Positions 1-7,493 of a DNA stretch of 32,000 nt are shown one piece after another. The first letter of the stretch is position 1, and each line of letters starts with the position of its first letter. The notes beneath the pieces are model-generated. The model worked only from the letters and a program-made list of their open reading frames with translations. It had not been told where the DNA came from and made no database searches. Origin of the DNA: Thermoproteus tenax Kra 1 (GTDB lineage: Archaea; Thermoproteota; Thermoprotei; Thermoproteales; Thermoproteaceae); the NCBI RefSeq assembly GCF_000253055.1, contig NC_016070.1:1500001-1532000 (forward strand), in the 5' to 3' direction. Made by a program: the position numbers and the translations under genes.

Positions 1-438
1 CCCTTGTTCGATCAGCTCCAACTTAATTGTTCTAAGCTTTTCAACGACCTCGTGTATGTATCTGTCGACGCGTGAAGGATCAATGCCCTTCCGGCTCAGC
101 TCCCTTTTTACAACCTCGATGACTACATCATATTTTTTATACTGCTCATTCAGTCGGCGCCAAGGTATTCCCCTTAAGGCATCCTTGAGTTCGTTATCTA
201 CGGGCAAGGCGCCCTTGAGCATCATAAAGGCAACGATGGGATAGCCTATATAACCTCTATATTTCGTGCCGTTATCGTCACTATAGGCCAGACCGCGAGC
301 TAAATCCAGATAGACTCTGTAGGTTCTTTGTCCGTCGGATGATATCACCTCAGCCTCTTTATCGTCCAACGCCTTTATCCTACCGTCTGCTATTGCCGAG
401 AGGGCCTCTAAGATCTTGATACGCGGCGGCAACCGCAT
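1..438 (-). CDS. Conserved crenarchaeal hypothetical protein, 3'-truncated by the left window edge
   Basis: Manual reverse-strand translation is open for 146 codons from ATG at 438: MRLPPRIKILEALSAIADGRIKALDDKEAEVISSDGQRTYRVYLDLARGLAYSDDNGTKYRGYIGYPIVAFMMLKGALPVDNELKDALRGIPWRR... The start overlaps the Sec61-beta stop (TGATG). Confidence 0.75.
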   Translation of the reverse strand, partial: MRLPPRIKILEALSAIADGRIKALDDKEAEVISSDGQRTYRVYLDLARGLAYSDDNGTKYRGYIGYPIVAFMMLKGALPVDNELKDALRGIPWRRLNEQYKKYDVVIEVVKRELSRKGIDPSRVDRYIHEVVEKLRTIKLELIEQG

Positions 439-608
439 CAGATCCTGAGTAGATTCAAGGCGATCACTATGCTCATTACGACCAACGAGACGATGACTAC
501 GACCTTGGGGCTCAGCTTTATCTTCTCTATTTCGCCCTCTCTGCTGAAGTTGAGAAGGCCGGCCGCCGTGAATAAGTTCAAGTCGCGCGCCCTCCTTCTC
601 CTCGCCAT
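438..608 (-). CDS. secG: Preprotein translocase Sec61-beta (SecG) subunit, 56 aa
   Basis: Translation MARRRRARDLNLFTAAGLLNFSREGEIEKIKLSPKVVVIVSLVVMSIVIALNLLRI* has archaeal Sec61-beta layout: basic N-terminus, F-TAAGL, E-E-IK-LSP-VVV, then a single C-terminal TM. Below the 60-aa track cutoff. TATA-like ttttatatt lies about 23 nt upstream. Confidence 0.88.
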   Translation of the reverse strand: MARRRRARDLNLFTAAGLLNFSREGEIEKIKLSPKVVVIVSLVVMSIVIALNLLRI

Positions 609-625
609 GGATGCTAATAATCAGC

Positions 626-635
626 AATATAAAAG
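626..635. promoter_or_regulatory. Shared TATA-like element between the divergent Sec61-beta and TatD-like genes
   Basis: aatataaaag (+) / cttttatatt (-), centred about 631. It is about 23 nt from the minus start at 608 and about 22 nt from the plus GTG at 653. Confidence 0.6.
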
Positions 636-652
636 CATGATCTCTCCTCCCC

Positions 653-1498
653 GTGAGGATCTTCGATAACCACGCACACGCAAACGAGTTTACGGGCATC
701 GGCGCCGAGGAGGTAGTCAAAAGGTTCAAACGGGCGGGGGGCACCGGCATTATCTTCGTCTCGCTCCTGACCTGGTCTATAGGCGGATCGCCGGGCGACA
801 AAGACTGGGTTGTAAGGATCTACGAGCACACTGTGAGGAATGCCCAGATAGCGCGCTCCCAGGGCCTTATATCTGGCGCCATCGTCGGCATCCATCCGGC
901 TGAGTGCGCAAGCTTGGTGGAGCATGGATGGAGCGAGGAGGACGTAGAGGAGTTCATGAGGTGGACAATAGATCTGGCTGCGCGTTACGTAAGCGAGGGA
1001 AAGGCGGTGGGATTCGGCGAATACGGTAGACCTCACTGGGACGCAACGACAGGGATAGTGAGCCTCTGCAACAGAGTATTAGAGTATGCGCTTGAGAGAG
1101 CCAAAGATGTGGACGCCGCAGTCCACCTACATCTTGAAAGAAGAGGGGAACAGACTGTCATGAGCGTAGCCGAGATTGCTAGAAGGGCGGGCTCCCGTGC
1201 CCATTCTGTGGTAATGCACCACATAGAGCCCGGCGTAGCCAAGTTGGCTTGGGAGAAGGGGCTCATGCCCTCAATACCTATAGGCCGCAGAGGCGAATTG
1301 GAGTCGGCGTTGAGGATGGAGCCGATATATGTCGTAGAAAGCGACTATATAGATGACAATAAAAGGCCAGGCGCCGTTATACCTCCCTGGAGCTTGGCGA
1401 ACAAGCTTAGAAACGCTGTATATAGAGGCATTGTAACTGAGACATATATAGATACCCTCTTTGACAATGCAATAAAGATATACAGATTGCTCCAGTGA
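653..1498 (+). CDS. TatD-like metal-dependent hydrolase
   Basis: Start MRIFDNHAHANEF (HxH), GIHPAE, GEYGRPHWD, VMHHIEPG. TIM-barrel amidohydrolase-like pattern. Confidence 0.75.
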   Translation: MRIFDNHAHANEFTGIGAEEVVKRFKRAGGTGIIFVSLLTWSIGGSPGDKDWVVRIYEHTVRNAQIARSQGLISGAIVGIHPAECASLVEHGWSEEDVEEFMRWTIDLAARYVSEGKAVGFGEYGRPHWDATTGIVSLCNRVLEYALERAKDVDAAVHLHLERRGEQTVMSVAEIARRAGSRAHSVVMHHIEPGVAKLAWEKGLMPSIPIGRRGELESALRMEPIYVVESDYIDDNKRPGAVIPPWSLANKLRNAVYRGIVTETYIDTLFDNAIKIYRLLQ

Positions 1499-1594
1499 GC
1501 TGCGCAAGACCCCCTATTGCTGTTCTACATCTGCAAGGGACAAGACAGCTGTGCAGGCTAGGGCTAAAAATTAGGGCTCGGTTTATGCAAAGAG

Positions 1595-2809
1595 TCAGCG
1601 CCTTAGTTCATACAGGACCTTCTTGAAAGCCGCGGCGGTATCTACAGCGTCCTCCGGCGTTAGATTGGGCAGAACCAACAACGAGACCACTCTCTCTGCA
1701 GCCCACTCCGCGTTGGGCAGACGCTCGTATGCCACCTTCCTTCCGTAATACGGACAAGTCCAAGGACATCCCCTCCCGTGGCCCTCCAAGTTTTTAAACA
1801 ACGGAGTTCGGTACAGAGGAGTTGGATAGGCGACAAAGACATTGCCTATACCCTCGCGCCTCAAGGCCTCAACGACGAAATCGCGAGGTCTCCTCAGCCT
1901 CTCTACCGAGAGGAGTAGCTGTACTAAATGCCAACTGTGTTTCACGTAGGGCCTAGGCTTGATTGCCACGAGCAGGTCTCCGTCTAAGGGAGCCAACTCG
2001 TCCAACAAAGTCTTGACGTACTTCTCTCTTATTCTCTGAAATTCATCGAACTTCTTCAGCTGATGATACAATATAAGTCCTTGCAGCTCCGTCATACGGT
2101 AGTTGTACCCGAGCACCTCGTACCAGTACTTATCGGTTTCTCCGTGGGCCCTAATAAGGTTGGCCCTCTCGGCATAGGCGGCCACGTCAGTGGCCACGGC
2201 GCCGCCCTCCCCTCCTGTAATATGTTTAGTTGCATAGAAGCTGAACGCCGAGATGTGCCCAAAGGAGCCCGTCTTCCTGCCCCTAAACTCAGCGCCTAGC
2301 GCCTGCGCCACATCCTCGACTACGTATAGGCCGTACCTCTCCGCCAATTTCATGAACTGGTCCATCTCGGCAGGATAACCGGCCAAATGCACCACCACCA
2401 CGGCCTTGGTCCTGTCGGTTATCTTGCCCTCAACGGATGCAGGATCTAAGTTGAGCGTCTCTCTGTCTATATCTGCGAAGATGGGCACGGCGTTGGCATG
2501 TAGAATCGATGTGGCAGATGCAGCGAAGGTGAACGGGGTCGTTATGACTTCATCTCCGGGTCCGACGCCGATTGACTTAAGAGCCAAGTGTAACGCCGTA
2601 GTCCCGCTAGTGGTCGCGTAGGCGAACTTCACCCCCACGAAGGATGCCAACTCCTGTTCGAAGGCTCTGACCCATTTCCCGTGAGTCGACACAAGCACTC
2701 CGCTCCTCAAGATCTCCTCGATCTCTTTCATTAGGTCTGGATCGTAGACGACCGGTCTAGCTACTATCGGCTTCTCTCTGACAGGTCTTCCCCCCTCTAT
2801 TGCCAACAC
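1595..2809 (-). CDS. DegT/DnrJ/EryC1/StrS family PLP-dependent aminotransferase
   Basis: VKFAYATTSGTTALHLALKSIGVGPGDEVITTPFTFAASATSI, VVEDVAQALGA, FSFYATKHITGGEGGAVAT. The reverse strand reads GTG start at 2809 to TGA at 1595. Confidence 0.9.
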   Translation of the reverse strand: MLAIEGGRPVREKPIVARPVVYDPDLMKEIEEILRSGVLVSTHGKWVRAFEQELASFVGVKFAYATTSGTTALHLALKSIGVGPGDEVITTPFTFAASATSILHANAVPIFADIDRETLNLDPASVEGKITDRTKAVVVVHLAGYPAEMDQFMKLAERYGLYVVEDVAQALGAEFRGRKTGSFGHISAFSFYATKHITGGEGGAVATDVAAYAERANLIRAHGETDKYWYEVLGYNYRMTELQGLILYHQLKKFDEFQRIREKYVKTLLDELAPLDGDLLVAIKPRPYVKHSWHLVQLLLSVERLRRPRDFVVEALRREGIGNVFVAYPTPLYRTPLFKNLEGHGRGCPWTCPYYGRKVAYERLPNAEWAAERVVSLLVLPNLTPEDAVDTAAAFKKVLYELRR

Positions 2810-2835
2810 GTGCGGCTGTAAAATCAGATATATAA

Positions 2836-3234
2836 TTATTGTTGGACTCCCTGAAGCTGTTGCTGATACTGCTCCACTATATCATATCCGTATATAGCCT
2901 TGAACATCTCCCTGCCTTCAGGCGTCATCTGGGTGGGATCCCACGGTCTCTCGAAGTCGACGTCTACCTCTACATCCTTGGCCTCTGTGACCACCGACTG
3001 AACCGCAAGGCCCACTTCGTTAGCTAGAGAGGCCGAGACTGGGCATCCGACGGCGGTTAAAGTCATGACGATCTTCAACGTTCCATCCTCGCTCAAGGTT
3101 ATTTCTCTGATTAAACCAAGATCGTATACGTTGATAGGTATTTCAGGATCGTATATGTTTCTTAAAACCTCTATTAACTTCTTTACCTTATCTGGCGGCA
3201 GATTGGTCTTAAAAACTACGCCGTTGCTCTCCAT
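2836..3234 (-). CDS. DUF59/MIP18 family protein (SufT/PaaD-like Fe-S assembly factor)
   Basis: IYDPEIPINVYDLGLIREI...MTLTAVGCPVSASL...VEVDVDFERPWDPTQMTPEGREM. Confidence 0.88.
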   Translation of the reverse strand: MESNGVVFKTNLPPDKVKKLIEVLRNIYDPEIPINVYDLGLIREITLSEDGTLKIVMTLTAVGCPVSASLANEVGLAVQSVVTEAKDVEVDVDFERPWDPTQMTPEGREMFKAIYGYDIVEQYQQQLQGVQQ

Positions 3235-3281
3235 AAGCTTAACTACGTTTAAACCTTATTAGCTTATCTACTGCCCTCGTC

Positions 3282-3842
3282 ATGTACATAGAGTACAAGG
3301 GCACCTTCTACCGTCCCCTGCATCCGAGACCTACGTTAATAGTAGTCTCCATGTGTCCAGACGGTCGGATCAACTTAATGCCGGCTAGTTGGAACACTCC
3401 AGTCTCGGAGGAGCCCCCAACTATAGCAGTCGCAATAGATAAGTCCTCATACACCTTCAAATGCCTGGAGCACTCGGGCGAAGCAACATTGAACGTAGTC
3501 CCCGTGGATATGTTAAACCTCGCCTATGCGTTGGGCTCCACAACGGGCGCCAAGGTGGACAAGACGAAGAAGTTTGATGTAAGGCTCGTCCCCAGCGAGA
3601 AGATAGGGACGCCAGGCGTTGACGGCTCCATAGCCATCTATGAGACGAAGGTTTTGACAAAGGCCGACATAGGCGATGTAATGCTCTACGTGTTTGAGGT
3701 TCTCTTCGTGCGCGTTAAGGAGGGACTCGTCGACGAGTGGGGTCCGGTGCTCGAGAGGACCAGCCCGCTCCTCCACGGAGCAGGTAGAGTCTTCTATAGG
3801 GTAGATCCTAAAAAGCTGTGGGCTAAGAGGCCAGAGCTCTGA
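3282..3842 (+). CDS. Flavin reductase-like domain protein
   Basis: HPRPTLIVVSMCPDGRINLMPASWNTPVSEEPPTIAVAIDKSSYTFKCL... typical flavin reductase/flavoredoxin N-terminus. Confidence 0.8.
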   Translation: MYIEYKGTFYRPLHPRPTLIVVSMCPDGRINLMPASWNTPVSEEPPTIAVAIDKSSYTFKCLEHSGEATLNVVPVDMLNLAYALGSTTGAKVDKTKKFDVRLVPSEKIGTPGVDGSIAIYETKVLTKADIGDVMLYVFEVLFVRVKEGLVDEWGPVLERTSPLLHGAGRVFYRVDPKKLWAKRPEL

Positions 3843-3892
3843 GGCGAACGTTGGAAAAAATGCTTAAAAAGAGGGGTTAAAGGTAGCGTTAA

Positions 3893-3965
3893 GGGCCCGT
3901 AGTCTAGCGGCTAGGATGCCCGCCTGACGCGCGGGAGATCCCGGGTTCGAATCCCGGCGGGCCCA
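3893..3965 (+). tRNA. tRNA-Val (GAC), no intron
   Basis: GGGCCCG/CGGGCCC acceptor, CCCGC-CTGACGC-GCGGG anticodon arm, CCGGG-TTCGAAT-CCCGG T arm, discriminator A. 73 nt. Confidence 0.95.
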
Positions 3966-3966
3966 C

Positions 3967-4102
3967 TGGCCCCTAGTTTTCGACGAGCCGGCCCGACCGA
4001 CGAGCGGCACATCTCCGTTGGCAAATCGCCGGTTAGGCCGGACCGCCCAAGGTGGTCATGCGCGGCCGTGGGATTCGGCGGAGCCGATGCCGAGAGGGGC
4101 TA
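3967..4102 (+). ncRNA. Possible structured RNA downstream of tRNA-Val (strand uncertain)
   Basis: Manual pairing only: terminal TGGCCCCT/AGGGGCTA, internal CCGGCC (3988-3993)/GGCCGG (4036-4041), ACCG/CGGT, hairpin ACCGCC-CAA-GGTGGT (4042-4056), hairpin TCGGC-GGA-GCCGA (4075-4087). Confidence 0.25.
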
Positions 4103-4107
4103 AAAAG

Positions 4108-4794
4108 CTATATTTCGTACTTATAGCAAATGTGGCCTTGGCAGTCCATCTGTTTCAGTACGCCCTCCCTCTTCATTCTATCGAGAGCCTCGCGGAAGTA
4201 TAGAAAACGCTCCTCGAGGAGCTCGTTGCCGTACCACTCAATAAATTTGTCTACGATCTCCTCCAGCGTCCAGAGACTCCTCTTCTCCTCGCGTAGCATC
4301 CTCGCTATGAAGCTCATCATATCCTCCAACGCAGTCCACGGATATTGATACCAGTACCAGTCTCTCACCTCTACGGCGTAATAATCAGGCATGTACTTTG
4401 TAGTGCTTGTGATCACCTGCAGTGCAGCTGTCTTTACGCTTTTGGGTTTGCAACACTTCTCCACGGACTCCTTGGCCAATACAACGCTATCTCCTGTGTC
4501 CACTATGTCGTCTACAACCAAGACGTTCTTGCCCGAGAGATCTACCGTCAGGCCGTATTTTACATACGCCCTCTCGGCCACTTGGGCGGCCGCAGGCCAG
4601 TGCACTGTCTGGACGCTCAAAAGGTCTTGAACGCCGAGGAAATCACAGAGCAGTCTCGCAGGGATGTACCCCCCTCTGGCGACTGCCACGACCACATCAG
4701 GTCTCCAACCGCTAGATCTTACGTTATCGGCCAGCTTTCTTGCCCAAGACACTATCTCCTCCCATTTGACTACTTTGACAGGCACCTTCGGCAC
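4108..4794 (-). CDS. Purine-type phosphoribosyltransferase
   Basis: PDVVVAVARGGYIPARLLCDFLG and PRPP-binding motif NVLVVDDIVDTGDSV. TATA tatataaa about 25 nt upstream of the GTG start. Confidence 0.85.
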   Translation of the reverse strand: MPKVPVKVVKWEEIVSWARKLADNVRSSGWRPDVVVAVARGGYIPARLLCDFLGVQDLLSVQTVHWPAAAQVAERAYVKYGLTVDLSGKNVLVVDDIVDTGDSVVLAKESVEKCCKPKSVKTAALQVITSTTKYMPDYYAVEVRDWYWYQYPWTALEDMMSFIARMLREEKRSLWTLEEIVDKFIEWYGNELLEERFLYFREALDRMKREGVLKQMDCQGHICYKYEI

Positions 4795-4833
4795 TTAACA
4801 CACAAATCAACCCTCTTTATATATTATCTGGAC

Positions 4834-5874
4834 TTACTTACACGGCGTCAGGGCTATGAACGTATACAGATCTGAACATCGGGGGGCTCCTCTGTACTCG
4901 TAGTCCCACGTCCTCACTATAGCGCACTCCTGTTCTGTACAAATATTGAAGTAGAGATCTCCGATCTTGCACCGCTCCCGCTCACATAAAGCGGTGTAGC
5001 CCCTGATCCTTCCTCCCGAGGACATGACATTGAAGTTGGCAGCAACGTAGGGATGGCCTGCAGAGGAGAAAAGGACAAGCCACGCGCCAGCTATCTTCGC
5101 CACAAGGTAGGGCAACGCTCTCACTATGCTGTTATCTACGGCTATGCCTCCTGGCACAGGCACAGGGTCCAGCGCCGAGTAGATCCCAAGGAGGAACATC
5201 CATGCATCTCTGTTCAGGGGCAGGCTCCATTTCAGAGCAGAGTAGAGACCGTAGCGCATGGCCACCGAGAATCCCCGCCAATTTCTCTCCACAAGCTCCA
5301 AGGCATCTCTAAATTTGACAAGGCCTAGAGCTGCCTTGATCCATACGTCGAGCGAGGAGAACATATGAGGATCATAGAGTTGGCCCTCCCTCAGACCCCG
5401 CGAGACGAGATATCTGTCAATAAACTCGCACGGCCCTCTTGGGACGGACGGCCTTCCCCTATAGTATATACTCCAAATCGGCTGTCTCCCCCTAGCCAGT
5501 AGATAGACGTAATAGGCGAGGCAGTTGCCCTTGTTAAGCTCGTCTGTGGCGTACAGCTCGGCCAGTCTTGCCACATTGCTCACTCCAGGGCCCTGTAACA
5601 CCTTGTAGATAAACCTGGGTCTTCTGATAGCTTCGCCACATAAGTACGTTCCGCCTACCTTCACGGGACATTTGAGCGATAGCCTTAGATCCAAGGGCCT
5701 TTCGTCCACCAAGATTTCGCCATCGCGTATTGCCACCTTCCCCACAACCGCCGAGGAGCCAAGCTTGACGACGCTCTCGCGTATCTCGAGGGAGAGCCCG
5801 TTGCCTAGGTCGACTGAGATCTCATCCGGTAAAGATTCATATCTGCGTTCAAATCCCTCAGCATCGTTCAGCAT
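4834..5874 (-). CDS. Hypothetical protein (346 aa)
   Basis: Long ORF with ATG at 5874 and TATA-like gttaaaaagtc about 26 nt upstream. No family recognised. Confidence 0.7.
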   Translation of the reverse strand: MLNDAEGFERRYESLPDEISVDLGNGLSLEIRESVVKLGSSAVVGKVAIRDGEILVDERPLDLRLSLKCPVKVGGTYLCGEAIRRPRFIYKVLQGPGVSNVARLAELYATDELNKGNCLAYYVYLLARGRQPIWSIYYRGRPSVPRGPCEFIDRYLVSRGLREGQLYDPHMFSSLDVWIKAALGLVKFRDALELVERNWRGFSVAMRYGLYSALKWSLPLNRDAWMFLLGIYSALDPVPVPGGIAVDNSIVRALPYLVAKIAGAWLVLFSSAGHPYVAANFNVMSSGGRIRGYTALCERERCKIGDLYFNICTEQECAIVRTWDYEYRGAPRCSDLYTFIALTPCK

Positions 5875-5996
5875 CCGCCTGTCTTCATCTCAAGACTTTT
5901 TAACTGCCCCGTTATAAGCAATTCGCGCCTGCACAGAGTTCTACAACGCTGCTCCACCGCTGAAAAGATAAAAATCATTGAATTTCACTTTAACAA

Positions 5997-6095
5997 GCGG
6001 CGGTAGTCTAGCCTGGTTAGGGCGGCCAAAAGCCCCCAGAGTAGGATGGCGGCCTCCCAAGCCGCTGATCCCGGGTTCGAATCCCGGCCGCCGCA
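5997..6095 (+). tRNA. tRNA-Gly (CCC) with a 24-nt insertion at the D-stem/position 26 region (probable non-canonical archaeal intron)
   Basis: Acceptor GCGGCGG/CCGCCGC, anticodon arm GCGGC-CTCCCAA-GCCGC, T arm CCGGG-TTCGAAT-CCCGG. 99 nt total against a 75-nt mature model. Confidence 0.85.
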
Positions 6096-6102
6096 CTATT
6101 CT

Positions 6103-6157
6103 TCAGCTCTCCAGGTGTTCCTCATAGTCGTCAGATGTCCTGAGCCATCATCATAAA
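6103..6157 (-). ncRNA. C/D box sRNA (2'-O-methylation guide)
   Basis: On the minus strand: C box ATGATGA (6154-6148), 13-nt guide TGGCTCAGGACAT, D' CTGA (6134-6131), CGACT, C' ATGAGGA (6125-6119), 12-nt guide ACACCTGGAGAG, D CTGA (6106-6103). A tatatttaag TATA box is centred about 26 nt upstream of the predicted 5' end at about 6157. Confidence 0.8.
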
Positions 6158-6175
6158 CTCTTCAATTAATCCGCC

Positions 6176-6868
6176 TTAAATATAGAGCACTATGTCCAAT
6201 GGAAACTCGAACCTCTCGTTGAAGTCTCGGAAGGCCATCAACGCAGCGCCGGCGGTCACCCTGCTCCCAGCCATAGCTGCCAGCTCTGCCAGAGCTTTGA
6301 TGGTCTTTCCCGTCCGCACTATGTCGTCGATTATGAAGATGGCGTCGTCCTCTCCTAGGAGCCCCTGCGCCACATATAGAGAGACCACCCTATTGCCCTT
6401 TATGTACGAGACCTCCAAGTTCTTGACGCCGGGCTCCTTGTATTGCTTCGCTATTACTAACGGAACGCCAAATCGGTAGGCGACGGCCACCGCCAACGGA
6501 ATGCCATCTACGGCCGCCGTGAGAACCTTCGTGACTCTAACATTGTTAAACTTCCTAGATATATATATCGAGTATAAAGTCCATAGATCTGGCGTATAAA
6601 TATTGGTTAAGTCAACATATGTCTCATATATCTTAATTATTTTACTTAAAATCTTGTCAAGAGGATATTCTCTGAAGAGCCTAGTTATTATCTCCTCTGC
6701 GGTCTCTACCGAAGGCATCATATCCCCAGTATTATATCTAGACAGAACGCTTTCCGGGATGCCCAATACTGCAGATAGCTCTTTGTAGGTCAAGCCCAAC
6801 AGCCTTTTAACGGAGCGAAGTACATAGACGCCATCCATCTGTATTCTGACTCTGTCTAACCGCTCCAC
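6176..6868 (-). CDS. HTH-domain/phosphoribosyltransferase fusion regulator (GfcR-like)
   Basis: N-terminal HTH: LLGLTYKELSAVLGIPESVLSRYNTGDMMPS. C-terminal PRTase: VTKVLTAAVDGIPLAVAVAYRFGVPLVIAKQ...IFIIDDIVRTGKTIKAL. Confidence 0.85.
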   Translation of the reverse strand: MERLDRVRIQMDGVYVLRSVKRLLGLTYKELSAVLGIPESVLSRYNTGDMMPSVETAEEIITRLFREYPLDKILSKIIKIYETYVDLTNIYTPDLWTLYSIYISRKFNNVRVTKVLTAAVDGIPLAVAVAYRFGVPLVIAKQYKEPGVKNLEVSYIKGNRVVSLYVAQGLLGEDDAIFIIDDIVRTGKTIKALAELAAMAGSRVTAGAALMAFRDFNERFEFPLDIVLYI

Positions 6869-6911
6869 GTGTTTAAGTAAGCTGTTAAATTTGAATCAAT
6901 CGCGTAACCTT

Positions 6912-7493
6912 ATGGAGATCGAGGTAGAGTTAAACAGAATAATTATAAAGAAAAACTCCAAGCGGCTTATCGGCCTACCTCTCTATCTGAACATGTTCGG
7001 GTCTGTCAAGGCCCTGCCTGTGCAATATCTATTGGCCCGTTACGGCAGAGTCTTCTTTGAGGACGCCAGAGCGCGCCCAATAGCGCGAGCCTTATGCGAA
7101 GCCTGTGTATCTGAAAGGCCTGCCGAGGGCTTTAAGTCGGTGGGCTTTCGAGAGTTCGTGGAGGCCTATTACAACACGATAGCGGGCGAGGTCTTTTCTT
7201 TTGCCCAGAGCGTTGACTCAGTGGCGGTGCCGTGCTACACGGGAGCTCTGGGCGCCGCTCTGGCGAAGAGGGCCAGGGAGGTGGAACCCGGCCTCACTAT
7301 TATAGCTGCGAAGTTGGGCGAAGGAGATTGCGGTTGGGCCGATGCCATTTACGTCGGCGGAGGGGAAGAGCTCGGTCTTCCCGCAGGCTTGAACCTGGGG
7401 CCCGCCTCTAAGGCCTCTCTTTCGGCGGCCGCTAGGGCTTCGGAGGAGCTCGGCCTATACTCCATACTAGTGCTACTGACTGACGGAGCATGA
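6912..7493 (+). CDS. Hypothetical protein; possibly a divergent fold-type II PLP-enzyme-like domain
   Basis: ORF open from 6891. ATG at 6912 sits about 25 nt after a gttaaattt TATA. VAVPCYTGALGAALAKRAREVEPG and LNLGPASKASLSAAARASEELG..ILVLLTDGA are only vaguely threonine-synthase-like. Overlaps the tyrA start. Confidence 0.6.
   Translation: MEIEVELNRIIIKKNSKRLIGLPLYLNMFGSVKALPVQYLLARYGRVFFEDARARPIARALCEACVSERPAEGFKSVGFREFVEAYYNTIAGEVFSFAQSVDSVAVPCYTGALGAALAKRAREVEPGLTIIAAKLGEGDCGWADAIYVGGGEELGLPAGLNLGPASKASLSAAARASEELGLYSILVLLTDGA

Noticed and set aside
469-669. Plus-strand 66-aa hydrophobic ORF
   Set aside because: It is the antisense complement of the Sec61-beta gene. The apparent hydrophobicity comes from the opposite-strand TM codons.
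3967-4102. Type T (minimal) RNase P RNA or 5S rRNA at the structured region
   Set aside because: No GAGGAAAGUC-like or other P RNA core motifs and no 5S consensus, so it is left as an unassigned structured candidate.
5997-6095. Canonical 37/38 anticodon-loop intron model for tRNA-Gly
   Set aside because: The anticodon loop CTCCCAA is uninterrupted. The extra nucleotides must lie between the D arm and anticodon arm.
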